A stretch of 31,733 nucleotides of DNA from a virus (lineage: Duplodnaviria; Caudoviricetes): positions 1 to 31,733 of the IMG/VR virus record IMGVR_UViG_3300020044_008191; one strand, 5' to 3'. Positions 7,807 through 16,598 of this stretch are shown piece after piece. Made by a program: the position numbers and the translations under genes. Below the pieces are notes generated by a model. That model was not told the DNA's origin and searched no databases. It saw only the letters and a list, made by a program, of their open reading frames with translations. How positions within the stretch are numbered: position 1 is the first letter of the stretch; the number at the start of each line of letters is the position of its first letter.

Positions 7807-8241
7807 TCATAATAATTTTAATGATTTAAGATAGAAGTATAAAAACAAAAATAATGCCACAACTGTAAAAATACCTAAAATTAATATAGTGTAATCTGTT
7901 TTTTCTGACTGCTTATTTTTTGAGGTGATTTCGGAGCCAGTATAGCTTAGATTTTCTTTACCTTCAATCTTTGTGCCTGTGCTGATACTTTTATCGAAAT
8001 GCAATGATACATTAAAATACTCCTTGCCGTCTATTATCATAGGTTTAAGCGCATCAAATGGTTTAATTGAACCTATATTGCTCCAAGTAATATTTTGGCT
8101 TAAAACACGTGTATTTTCGGTATTCAAAGAATCAGTTTTAATTTGCTTTTTCTCGGTTGCAGTTGTTCGGTGTCCGCATGAATATAAAATCACCAAAGCA
8201 ATAACAGCACAAAAGATTAAATTGATAGTTCCTTTTTCCAT
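7807..8241 (-). CDS. Putative unimolecular spanin (lipoprotein with C-terminal TM)
   Basis: Hydrophobic N-terminus ending in lipobox-like LYSC, C-terminal TM helix ILILGIFTVVALFLFLYFYL, directly after the endolysin. Confidence 0.65.
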   Translation of the reverse strand: MEKGTINLIFCAVIALVILYSCGHRTTATEKKQIKTDSLNTENTRVLSQNITWSNIGSIKPFDALKPMIIDGKEYFNVSLHFDKSISTGTKIEGKENLSYTGSEITSKNKQSEKTDYTILILGIFTVVALFLFLYFYLKSLKLL

Positions 8242-8690
8242 TACCTTGTAAAGTATATATATGACTCGTAATTTCTTCTTTTAACTAATCCTTTTAAAGT
8301 TTTTCCGCCCGCTTTTGTCCATCTCATGAACTCTTTACTGATTGTAATATCATTAGGGTCTTTATTTACTTTCGCTAAAAGCGTCGAAGTTGTAAAATTA
8401 CCCAAACCAACATTATAGGCAAATGAAACTAAAGCGTTAAATTGATTTTGGTTTACTTCTTTTTTCAAATGCTTCAATACATTTTTAGCAAATTTATCCG
8501 CAACTACTTTAAGAATTTCTAAAGCTTCTTTTTCAGTTATTTTTTTATCCAACATAGTCACGCGTCTACCATCTGGATAATAAGTATTACCATATCCAAT
8601 TGTTGGTATTTTTGCAGGGCATAAATAAGGTTTTAAAGAAAGTCCTTCGAAGTCTGCTATTAATTTGTACCCGTGGTTGTCTAGTTTCAT
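8241..8690 (-). CDS. Endolysin, GH24 phage lysozyme
   Basis: FEGLSLKPYLCPAKIPTIGYG, QNQFNALVSFAYNVG and GLVKRR motifs. Confidence 0.95.
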   Translation of the reverse strand: MKLDNHGYKLIADFEGLSLKPYLCPAKIPTIGYGNTYYPDGRRVTMLDKKITEKEALEILKVVADKFAKNVLKHLKKEVNQNQFNALVSFAYNVGLGNFTTSTLLAKVNKDPNDITISKEFMRWTKAGGKTLKGLVKRRNYESYIYFTR

Positions 8691-8696
8691 AATTTT

Positions 8697-8996
8697 TTAT
8701 TTTTGAAATAACCAGAAAATAAACCCAATCAATCCAGTAATAAAACCACGCGTGACCCATTTAACAGTCTTCATATCTTCCTTTAAAAGCAAATTTTCAT
8801 CACTCAAATCATGTACTTTTTTATCAATTTCATTTATCAGGTGAAGGAATCCTTTATTTCCATTGATATTATTGCCGATTATTGCCGTTTTTAAATCCTT
8901 AATTGAATCCTTAACGTCGGTCATATCTTCTTTGTAAACTTTGAAATGGTTTTCTAATCTGTCTACTTTTTCCATGATGAGTTTGTTTTCTTCCAT
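8697..8996 (-). CDS. Coiled-coil protein with C-terminal TM (holin/hemolysin-like lysis accessory)
   Basis: Heptad-like N-terminal region, hydrophobic C-terminus, immediately upstream of the endolysin. Confidence 0.55.
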   Translation of the reverse strand: MEENKLIMEKVDRLENHFKVYKEDMTDVKDSIKDLKTAIIGNNINGNKGFLHLINEIDKKVHDLSDENLLLKEDMKTVKWVTRGFITGLIGFIFWLFQK

Positions 8997-9038
8997 CTTT
9001 TAAATAAATGTGCGCATTATTGGGGCTTATAATATAAA

Positions 9039-9046
9039 CAAAGATA
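9039..9046 (-). promoter_or_regulatory. Possible promoter for lysis genes
   Basis: TATCTTTG -7 element in the intergenic gap. Confidence 0.5.
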
Positions 9047-9099
9047 AGCATAAAAGCAAATATTCCCACACCATTAGGATGGGAATATAAGTGATTGCT

Positions 9100-9333
9100 T
9101 TATTTACCGATTGAACTAACCATTTCATTAAGCTTTTCAGCGTTTTGAGTTGGTAAAGATTTTTTCAATTTGATAATAGCATATAATCCGAAGATTACTT
9201 TTATTACCGTCAAAACCTTTCCTTCAACTCCTAAATCTGCCAAAAATGGATTTACAACATCAAAACCTAAATCCAGAATTGTTAAAACTCCGGTTACGAT
9301 GGCGAACCACCAATTTTTTAATTTACTTATCAT
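9100..9333 (-). CDS. Putative holin (two hydrophobic segments)
   Basis: WWFAIVTGVLTIL and VLTVIKVIFGLYAII segments with a basic tail; lysis-cassette position. Confidence 0.6.
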   Translation of the reverse strand: MISKLKNWWFAIVTGVLTILDLGFDVVNPFLADLGVEGKVLTVIKVIFGLYAIIKLKKSLPTQNAEKLNEMVSSIGK

Positions 9334-9345
9334 ATTTATTTAATT

Positions 9346-12300
9346 TTAATTTATATTATATTGAAATGTTACGCTGCCAGCGTAAGTACCTGTACTGCTT
9401 GGGTACAGGTATATTACTCCCTGTGTAGTGTTTCCACTTGTTTGAAAACTAGCAGGCAACCTTGTATTACTTTGAAAAATAGCACCAGAACCCGAATTTA
9501 AAACATTTGATACAGTTCTCGCAATAGGTAAAGTTATAGTAAGAACAGTATTTGTGTTCGCTGCCGTTGGGGCAACACTAAATCCGATGTTTACGGTCAC
9601 AATATCTCCGATACGTGTGTAGGTTGCATTAGTCAATGAGCTAGTTGTTATATTAGCGGTATTAGTCAAAGTTGGCGTATAATTCCCCCCTGATGCCTGA
9701 GCCTGCACAAAAGCCGTTGTAGCAATCTGTGTTGTATTTGTTCCCGCTGCTGCCGTTGGAGCTGTTGGTGTACCTGTTAGAATTGCCCCACCAGTGTATG
9801 ACGATGCGGTAACTGTTGAAGCGAATGTTGCTGCTCCTGAAGTGTTCAATGTAAATTGGGGTGTCGAGCTTCCTGCTGCTAAAAATATCTTGCCCGAGTC
9901 GTTCCTAAGTCCCATATCAGAAGCTACACCACCAACAAAAACGGTTCCTCCTGCGAACATTTGATTTGTTTGGACGCCATTGTTTAATACGTATCGAAAA
10001 TTCGTGTTAATAATACCGTTAACATCTAAAGGAGTAGATGCTGTTACAGTTCCTAATCCTAAATTAGCACCATTATAAAATAAATTACTATTTGAAAAAG
10101 TGCTGTTCGTTGTTATTTTAGGCACGTACCCCGTCGTCGCTTCGTTTGAGAAAACAGAGATTCCCGCCGCGTTATTGGAAGTAAACGCTCTTGAAACAAT
10201 GTCCCCTACCCATTTAGTCCCTACAGGAAAAGAAGGGTGAATTCCGTCACTCGTTAAAGTAGGAATGGTTTGTAAATTAAATTGAGACAAAGAATACAAG
10301 TCTACACATTGGACTGAGTAGTACTTGCATATACTGCTTATAGTTGAGGACAGCATTTCAAGACTCCACCCTCCGAACCCTACATGAGACTTGTAAGTCC
10401 TTCCAGAAGTTCCTCCATCTGCCTCTGGTGGCGTTATGATAAAAATTTTTATTATGGGATTGGCGGTCAAAGCTACCTGTATAAATTCTTTTATATTTGC
10501 CGACACACTGCCGTCTCCTATGACAGAATTTACACTGCCCAAGGGGATAGTTCCATTAGACTGATCATTAACGCCTATATGTAGACTTATAATGTCAAAA
10601 TTATTTAAAAAAGCTGCATTAGCAAGTATCTGTGCTTTCAGAACAGCCAATTGTCCCGATGAAACATCCCCCGAAACAGCATACGTAACTGCTGTCATAT
10701 CTAAATTATCTTTAACCGTACCTACATAGTCATTGACCAAATCATTGGAGAACGAATCGCCAAATATAACCCATCTTTTAGCCGCTAAATCGGTGAAGTT
10801 TTTAGCATTCAAATTACCTGAGAATGCCCCTTTGCCATCTACTTCAAATTTATAACCAACGGTTCCGAGTGTTTTGTTCACTAACAACCCTCCAGTAGCT
10901 GAATTGAATCTTCCAACCTCTATCCCTGCATTCTTAAAAGAAACGTAAGAGCTACCCCCTCCTGCGTTTATACTAAAATTGAATCCTGTGTCTTCGTACC
11001 CAATGCTGGCGGCAGGTGTGTTGTCCAGTGAGCGAAAAAAACCTATTCTTTGTTTAAAATTTTTTGTTCCGTCAATATTCTGATTCCCTGTCACTTTAAC
11101 AACATTAGAATCATTTGCCGGCACATACCCATTATAAGTTCCTCCTATGACATCCCCCGCTCCAGTTACAGAAAATTTAGTAGTTCCTGCATTGTTCTTA
11201 CCAACATAGATATTATTAGCGTCATTACCTGTACCTTCTTGTACGGTAACTGCTCCTAGTGCCGTGGTTGTTATTGTATTTCCTTTATCGTATGAACTTT
11301 GTAAGTCTATTTCTTGTAAAGCATCATATACCGCATCTTCACTTGGCGACTTATCAGTTACTCCGTTTGTGATTGTTTGGGTGATTTTTGAATCCAATTG
11401 ACTTTTTACAACAACTTCATTGCTTAAAGTAGCAGGATTGGCTTTTACAGTTCCATTAAAAATTGAATTTCCTGCGACTTGAAGTCTGTGTATTCTGTCA
11501 TCTGTCACACTTCCTATTATAGTATTTCCTCTTACTACATAAGAAGCACTTGTTCCTAAAAATATTGAACCATTATATAAATTATTGTCAGTAGGTGAGT
11601 TGTTTCCCCATCCAGCGGTCAAATAAACGCTACCACCAAATCCCAATGCAGAACTATTATTTCCTGCTTTTAATTGAGCTGAACCTGGATTTAGATATGA
11701 CGTACCTGCTTGTAAAATAGCGTCCCCACCTCTTCCCGGAAATAAAGTCCCTGTACCAGTAGCCACCCCTCCATCACCTGCCAGAATAGATATATCTCCA
11801 CCATTGCCTGAAAGACCAGTTCCTGTAACTCCAAAAACGTTACCTCCATTTCCCGCTTTAATATTTATAGCCATAGCATTTCCAGCTACTACTGTCCCCG
11901 TTGTATTTGTATTTCCTCCACCATTACCACCTGTAACAACCAACGGAGTGATTGCATTTAATGCAGTAGTTCCGCTAGCTATGTTTGGCGTTATTAGACT
12001 TAGCGTTCCTATTTTAGTTTCATTCCCTGTTTTATGAACAACGTCAGCATCGTTTGCTTTTAAAGCCAAAACGTTATTAACAGCATCAACAGTTGGGAAT
12101 TTTACGCCAGTACCATCAACCGCTAATGAGTTTTGTTTGTTTGAAGCATTTATAACTCCTGCTCCGCTAACCGAAAAAGTAGTAGTTCCTGCATTGTTTT
12201 TAACAACTAAAACGTTATTAGCGTCATTTCCTGTACCTTCCTGCACGGTAACTGCTCCCAACCCTGTAGAGGTTGTTATTGTATTTCCTTTATCGTATGA

Positions 12301-12609
12301 ACTTTGTAAGTCTATATCTTGTAAAGCATCATAAACAGCATTTTCACTTGGGGCAATAGAATTAATGCCATTACGAATAGTGTCTGATACTTTTCCGTCA
12401 ATAGCTATTTGAGTTTGAGTTGATACGGGTAAATTAGCAGGCAAAATTTTCCCCTGTGTGCCATCTGTTCCTGTTGTGGTTAGGAAATTTGGTGAGGTTA
12501 CTGTTTGCGCTGAATTGTTTTTAATTCCATAGTCAAACTCCTGTTCTTGACCAGTTGTGGTCTGTGCTATACTCCATAATGGAAGTAATAATAATATTAG
12601 TTTTTTCAT
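9346..12609 (-). CDS. Tail fibre/spike-like protein with SGNH/GDSL hydrolase domain
   Basis: Gly/Thr-rich fibre modules (LTGTPTAPTAAAGTNTTQIATTAFVQ, KANDADVVHKTGNET); SGNH blocks FGDS, GVND and DGIHP; signal-peptide-like N-terminus. Confidence 0.75.
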   Translation of the reverse strand: MKKLILLLLPLWSIAQTTTGQEQEFDYGIKNNSAQTVTSPNFLTTTGTDGTQGKILPANLPVSTQTQIAIDGKVSDTIRNGINSIAPSENAVYDALQDIDLQSSYDKGNTITTSTGLGAVTVQEGTGNDANNVLVVKNNAGTTTFSVSGAGVINASNKQNSLAVDGTGVKFPTVDAVNNVLALKANDADVVHKTGNETKIGTLSLITPNIASGTTALNAITPLVVTGGNGGGNTNTTGTVVAGNAMAINIKAGNGGNVFGVTGTGLSGNGGDISILAGDGGVATGTGTLFPGRGGDAILQAGTSYLNPGSAQLKAGNNSSALGFGGSVYLTAGWGNNSPTDNNLYNGSIFLGTSASYVVRGNTIIGSVTDDRIHRLQVAGNSIFNGTVKANPATLSNEVVVKSQLDSKITQTITNGVTDKSPSEDAVYDALQEIDLQSSYDKGNTITTTALGAVTVQEGTGNDANNIYVGKNNAGTTKFSVTGAGDVIGGTYNGYVPANDSNVVKVTGNQNIDGTKNFKQRIGFFRSLDNTPAASIGYEDTGFNFSINAGGGSSYVSFKNAGIEVGRFNSATGGLLVNKTLGTVGYKFEVDGKGAFSGNLNAKNFTDLAAKRWVIFGDSFSNDLVNDYVGTVKDNLDMTAVTYAVSGDVSSGQLAVLKAQILANAAFLNNFDIISLHIGVNDQSNGTIPLGSVNSVIGDGSVSANIKEFIQVALTANPIIKIFIITPPEADGGTSGRTYKSHVGFGGWSLEMLSSTISSICKYYSVQCVDLYSLSQFNLQTIPTLTSDGIHPSFPVGTKWVGDIVSRAFTSNNAAGISVFSNEATTGYVPKITTNSTFSNSNLFYNGANLGLGTVTASTPLDVNGIINTNFRYVLNNGVQTNQMFAGGTVFVGGVASDMGLRNDSGKIFLAAGSSTPQFTLNTSGAATFASTVTASSYTGGAILTGTPTAPTAAAGTNTTQIATTAFVQAQASGGNYTPTLTNTANITTSSLTNATYTRIGDIVTVNIGFSVAPTAANTNTVLTITLPIARTVSNVLNSGSGAIFQSNTRLPASFQTSGNTTQGVIYLYPSSTGTYAGSVTFQYNIN
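11159..11346. repeat. Intragenic direct repeat, copy A
   Basis: Encodes PSEDAVYDALQEIDLQSSYDKGN...FSVTGA and closely matches 12161-12351. Confidence 0.9.
12161..12351. repeat. Intragenic direct repeat, copy B
   Basis: Encodes PSENAVYDALQDIDLQSSYDKGN...FSVSGA; offset 1002-1005 nt from copy A. Confidence 0.9.
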
Positions 12610-12611
12610 TT

Positions 12612-13304
12612 TTATTTAGAGATTATGTATACATAATTGTTTACTACGGTAGGCTTTGTAAGTGTAACTACATTTCCAGATTGCGACCATCTTGCAACCC
12701 TAGCGGCATTATTACTGGTTGTCTTTGGAATGTTTGCATCGTTTACCATTACTAAAAATGCTTTTGTACCGTCTGGTATTGTAAAATCTTGTGTGCCAGC
12801 TATTGTAATTATTGCATCAGTATAGTAAAATACATTAATGTCTGACAAATTTGCTTTTAAATCTAAAGCTGTTTTTACCGCATCTTCTGAAGGGGTTGTG
12901 TTTGTGAATCCTGCACGTATAAATTGCGTAATTCCTGCCAATTCTACGTTTACTGGTATTTCAACCCCTACAAACCAATAAGCCCCATTACTAACAAGCG
13001 CATTTAGTTCTTCTGTCAAAACAATAGTCGAACCCCCTGAAACATTATAATAAGTGCCTTTTCCAACTAAAATAAATTCTTCTGTTGTTGTTGTTGGCAA
13101 TGTCTGACCATCCGTGACAGATATAGCCCTAAATCCAACGCCGCCGCTCGCTCCAATATATGAAGCTATAAATATAGATAAATCCTCTAACGTAGTTTTT
13201 TTCAATTCCGTGCCTACTTCATGAGGAAATTTACTAGCAAGCGACAGTACTTCTGTTGGAAGTTCGCCTACTCTAATTGTGCTTACTGCGTTTGGATCTA
13301 TCAT
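12612..13304 (-). CDS. Minor tail/baseplate protein
   Basis: Tail-tip gene position; N-terminus paralogous to 13301-13858. Confidence 0.65.
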   Translation of the reverse strand: MIDPNAVSTIRVGELPTEVLSLASKFPHEVGTELKKTTLEDLSIFIASYIGASGGVGFRAISVTDGQTLPTTTTEEFILVGKGTYYNVSGGSTIVLTEELNALVSNGAYWFVGVEIPVNVELAGITQFIRAGFTNTTPSEDAVKTALDLKANLSDINVFYYTDAIITIAGTQDFTIPDGTKAFLVMVNDANIPKTTSNNAARVARWSQSGNVVTLTKPTVVNNYVYIISK

Positions 13305-13858
13305 AGTTTCATTATCATTAATGTTACTAAATAAGGCTGCATATTATTATGAGCCTGTCCCCCTCCTGCTGTGTTTGTTTGAATATTTCCTGCATTATCG
13401 GTCTCTCTTCTAAAATTTATACCAGATGAAAATGTACTACCCCCATCTGAAGGACAACCATGACTATGTATAGGCATTTCAGATTCAGTTAGTGTATGTG
13501 TTGCTGAACCACCTGTAATGCCCACAGTTGAATAGTTTGTTCCGTATCCAATTCCCACGCGTCCGTCTCTGTTTTTCGTGCCGTTATTGCCGTTGCATAT
13601 TGCATAACCCAACATTAAATTAGTGCCTAATCCTGTAACATCAAAATTATCTATAATAAACTGTTGAGGCACATCTAATTCAATGACTTGGTAATCTAAA
13701 GCACTAACCAAAGGAGCAAGAAAAGATACTAATTCACTTATGGTAAAGTAATTCAAATCCGTACCGACTTCATGCGGTAACTTACTTGTTAGCGTTGGTA
13801 ACGATGTTGGCAATTCACCAACACGTGTTGTTGTTATTAAATTTGGGTCTATTGCCAT
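13301..13858 (-). CDS. Short tail fibre/baseplate protein with collar-like domain
   Basis: GYAICNG...GRVGIG...GGSATHTLTESEMPIHSH...GGGQAHNNMQPY is typical of tail-collar-containing proteins. Confidence 0.8.
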   Translation of the reverse strand: MAIDPNLITTTRVGELPTSLPTLTSKLPHEVGTDLNYFTISELVSFLAPLVSALDYQVIELDVPQQFIIDNFDVTGLGTNLMLGYAICNGNNGTKNRDGRVGIGYGTNYSTVGITGGSATHTLTESEMPIHSHGCPSDGGSTFSSGINFRRETDNAGNIQTNTAGGGQAHNNMQPYLVTLMIMKL

Positions 13859-13860
13859 AA

Positions 13861-14373
13861 TTATATTTCGTTAGTTCTTAGAATTATATTCGGGTCTCCA
13901 TTATTAATAACAATATTTGGGTCTCCATTATTTAATATTACAGTTCCCAACGGAGCCGTCAAAGGAATGCCAAAACCAATAGCCGAACCAGAAAAAGAAA
14001 TAAATTCACCTACTATATTAGGGTCGGATAAATTAGAAATATAACATTTTCCATAGTCAACAATAGGGTAAATTGTGCCTTGAAATTTCCAATCCAATAA
14101 AATCTTATTTCTTTTTAATTGTTTTAATTTATCCAAACTAGCTATGTCAAACTGACCTCCTGCTACTGTTGTATTGATTTGCAAACCAGCAAAACTAATT
14201 GTATAAGACTGTTGTATTGGTCTTGAAGTGCTCCATCCTTGATTATCTCTAGTGGTTGTATCTATGAACTCGCTAGTTTCATCAAATGTATTTTCAGTCA
14301 AACAACCTACAGGAACCCATGAGTTATTTATCTTAAAAAACAAAATCCTATCTTCTCCGTTGATAAATGCCAT
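13861..14373 (-). CDS. Tail tube-like protein (second paralogue, possibly distal tail)
   Basis: PVGCLTENTFDETSEFIDTTTRD...YGKCYISNLS...FSGS parallels the major tail protein pattern. Confidence 0.65.
   Translation of the reverse strand: MAFINGEDRILFFKINNSWVPVGCLTENTFDETSEFIDTTTRDNQGWSTSRPIQQSYTISFAGLQINTTVAGGQFDIASLDKLKQLKRNKILLDWKFQGTIYPIVDYGKCYISNLSDPNIVGEFISFSGSAIGFGIPLTAPLGTVILNNGDPNIVINNGDPNIILRTNEI
13886..13939. repeat. 27-bp imperfect tandem repeat encoding NNGDPNI twice
   Basis: ATATT(C/T)GGGTCTCCATTATT occurs at 13886 and 13913. Confidence 0.85.
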
Positions 14374-16595
14374 TAGCTTGTTATTGTAGGTTTGACACTA
14401 TTTCCATAGTCTAAAGCAAATTTATACAAAATATCTTGAATTTCTTCAGAATATAGTTCTAAAAGCTTAAATGTTGTTATATTTTTTGCTGTATCGTATG
14501 AATAATCTATAGCCATGAATTTTCCTGATATGTTATTTATACTAATTATAGACAAATAAGGAACATATCCAAATGTTGAGCCGGAAAATAACTTCAAAGG
14601 CTTTTGGTTAATTCTAAGTTCTTCCTCTGCTGCAATTCTTAATATTGCATAACTTTCAAAACTCCCGCGTCTTGACCATGTAGATGTAGGTGTTGTTTCA
14701 TCATCTTTGAAAATAGCTCCTAAATATATAACACCCGCATTATCACCGTTATAAACTGTTTTATTTTCTTTTACAATAGAACTTACTTTTTCAATTCTTG
14801 AAACTGTGTGAAATTCTCCGACAACTCCTCCTAGTCCTGCTAAGTTTGGGATAATATTAAAGTCGGTTATTTCAATTGGGTAATATGCATAAAAATAACT
14901 CTCAACCTCTGATCTGTATATTTCTGCATAAATATCGCCTGAGATAGGCGTTTCTTGAGCTGATATAGTATAGTCAAAATTAGCCCTAGAACCCGTTTGT
15001 TCAACTTTTATAATAATAAAAGTAGGCGATGTTGTCCAACTTCCGTCTTTTTTTAAATAATAAGTACCTATTCTTACTCTAAAAACTAAATAAGCTGGAT
15101 TAAATCCACCTGTTTGAGCGTTATAGGATATTTTAATATTTACCAAATCAGTTTCTGATATTTCAGATAATTCAGATGTCAACATTAAAGTTCTGGACGT
15201 GCTTATTCTTGATAATGGATTATGTAAAAATCCGTTAGTTGTAGATGGGTTGTTTATCCATCCAACCAAACTATTTTCAGTCCAATTTAAAAAATCTGTT
15301 GATTCTCTTTTAAAAGAACTATTAAGCAATAATCCTTCTACAAAACCGTACTTATACCCCAATCTAAACGCTGAAACTCCTCCTTTAATTTCTATTTTCT
15401 GATTTCCAGAACAATGATGTGGGTAATAATTATCAATTTGAGAACCTATTGATTTATTCATGTTTACCGTAACATTGCCTATATAAACATTATTTATGTC
15501 GTATCTGCGAAATAAAACGTAATGGTTAACATAAAATTCGTTTGGCTTATAAATGTACCATTCTCCGTTTTCTTGTGTTATACACGCACAAAACACGTCT
15601 AAAACAGATTTTAAAACTTCCTCGCAACTCATTAATGTGCCGTCTCCTGTTCCTTGGCTGTCCGATTTGAAAAATCGGTCTGCGTTCATGTTTATTTTAG
15701 TTAAAATATCCAAGTTATCGCTTGGAATTAATCCATCGTAAAGCGTATTAATTGAAGTATTTATAGGTAATAAAATACCGGTTCTTTTTAAGCAGTAATA
15801 AACAATATCACTGGCTTTCATTTTGCCAACAAAACGCAATCCGTTATCTTTTACAAATGATAAATTACTCAATGCCCCTAACCCGTCAACACAATCCAAC
15901 GACAACATCCATGTGTCACGAACAAATGATTGAAACACACCATCAGGTTTTAAGAATCCACGAAATAAAATAACGTTGTTTTTATAAAATTTAACCGTAA
16001 ATTCCTGCTCGTTATCCGTGTATAAATCATCTAAAGTTAACGATTCAGTAGCCTCCAATTGAAGCGACAAACCTGTGCCTCTAATGCTATCTAAATGGTC
16101 TTTTACGCTTCCTTTTTCTAGTGTAGCTGTTCCGCTTATTTCTATTTGCTCGCCTACATATTGCTTTTTATATATTTGGCATAAAAAAGAATCACCAACC
16201 GTATTAGTATACTGAAAAAAGTATCTAAGATTAAGGTTTTCAGATTCTAAAACGTCTTGAACTAAAACGGTAATATTTGCGTTACTTCCTCCTATTCCTA
16301 TACCTACATCATCCGCATTTACAAGTATTTCAACAGTATCGTTTACACGTTTGTAGCTCACAAAATCCGCAACCCAATAAGCGGTTAAAAAAGATAGAGT
16401 TTTGTCAATTGTTTGTGATAAAGTAGCCTGAACCTGTATCTTTGTTGGGATAGTGTCTGCCACATCATATTCTAAACTCATATAAGTCTGACCCAATCCA
16501 TATACAACATTTAAGCTGTTTACGGTTATGCCTATATTGAAGCCAACACCAATAATTGGATTATCTGTAAAAGTTAATATTACTCTTTTTGCCAT
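14373..16595 (-). CDS. Tail tip/baseplate hub protein
   Basis: 740-aa ORF directly after the tape measure gene; FRGFL...SLDCVDGLGAL and CITQENGEWYI are hub-like segments. Confidence 0.65.
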   Translation of the reverse strand: MAKRVILTFTDNPIIGVGFNIGITVNSLNVVYGLGQTYMSLEYDVADTIPTKIQVQATLSQTIDKTLSFLTAYWVADFVSYKRVNDTVEILVNADDVGIGIGGSNANITVLVQDVLESENLNLRYFFQYTNTVGDSFLCQIYKKQYVGEQIEISGTATLEKGSVKDHLDSIRGTGLSLQLEATESLTLDDLYTDNEQEFTVKFYKNNVILFRGFLKPDGVFQSFVRDTWMLSLDCVDGLGALSNLSFVKDNGLRFVGKMKASDIVYYCLKRTGILLPINTSINTLYDGLIPSDNLDILTKINMNADRFFKSDSQGTGDGTLMSCEEVLKSVLDVFCACITQENGEWYIYKPNEFYVNHYVLFRRYDINNVYIGNVTVNMNKSIGSQIDNYYPHHCSGNQKIEIKGGVSAFRLGYKYGFVEGLLLNSSFKRESTDFLNWTENSLVGWINNPSTTNGFLHNPLSRISTSRTLMLTSELSEISETDLVNIKISYNAQTGGFNPAYLVFRVRIGTYYLKKDGSWTTSPTFIIIKVEQTGSRANFDYTISAQETPISGDIYAEIYRSEVESYFYAYYPIEITDFNIIPNLAGLGGVVGEFHTVSRIEKVSSIVKENKTVYNGDNAGVIYLGAIFKDDETTPTSTWSRRGSFESYAILRIAAEEELRINQKPLKLFSGSTFGYVPYLSIISINNISGKFMAIDYSYDTAKNITTFKLLELYSEEIQDILYKFALDYGNSVKPTITS

Positions 16596-16598
16596 TAT

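Noticed and set aside
9060-9088. Inverted repeat ATATTCCCA...TGGGAATAT as a terminator
   Set aside because: The stem is real but has a long loop and only a weak U-tract, so its function cannot be supported.
11159-12351. Repeat pair as DGR template and variable repeats
   Set aside because: Both copies are in frame within the same gene, differences are largely synonymous and not confined to adenines, and no reverse transcriptase is present.
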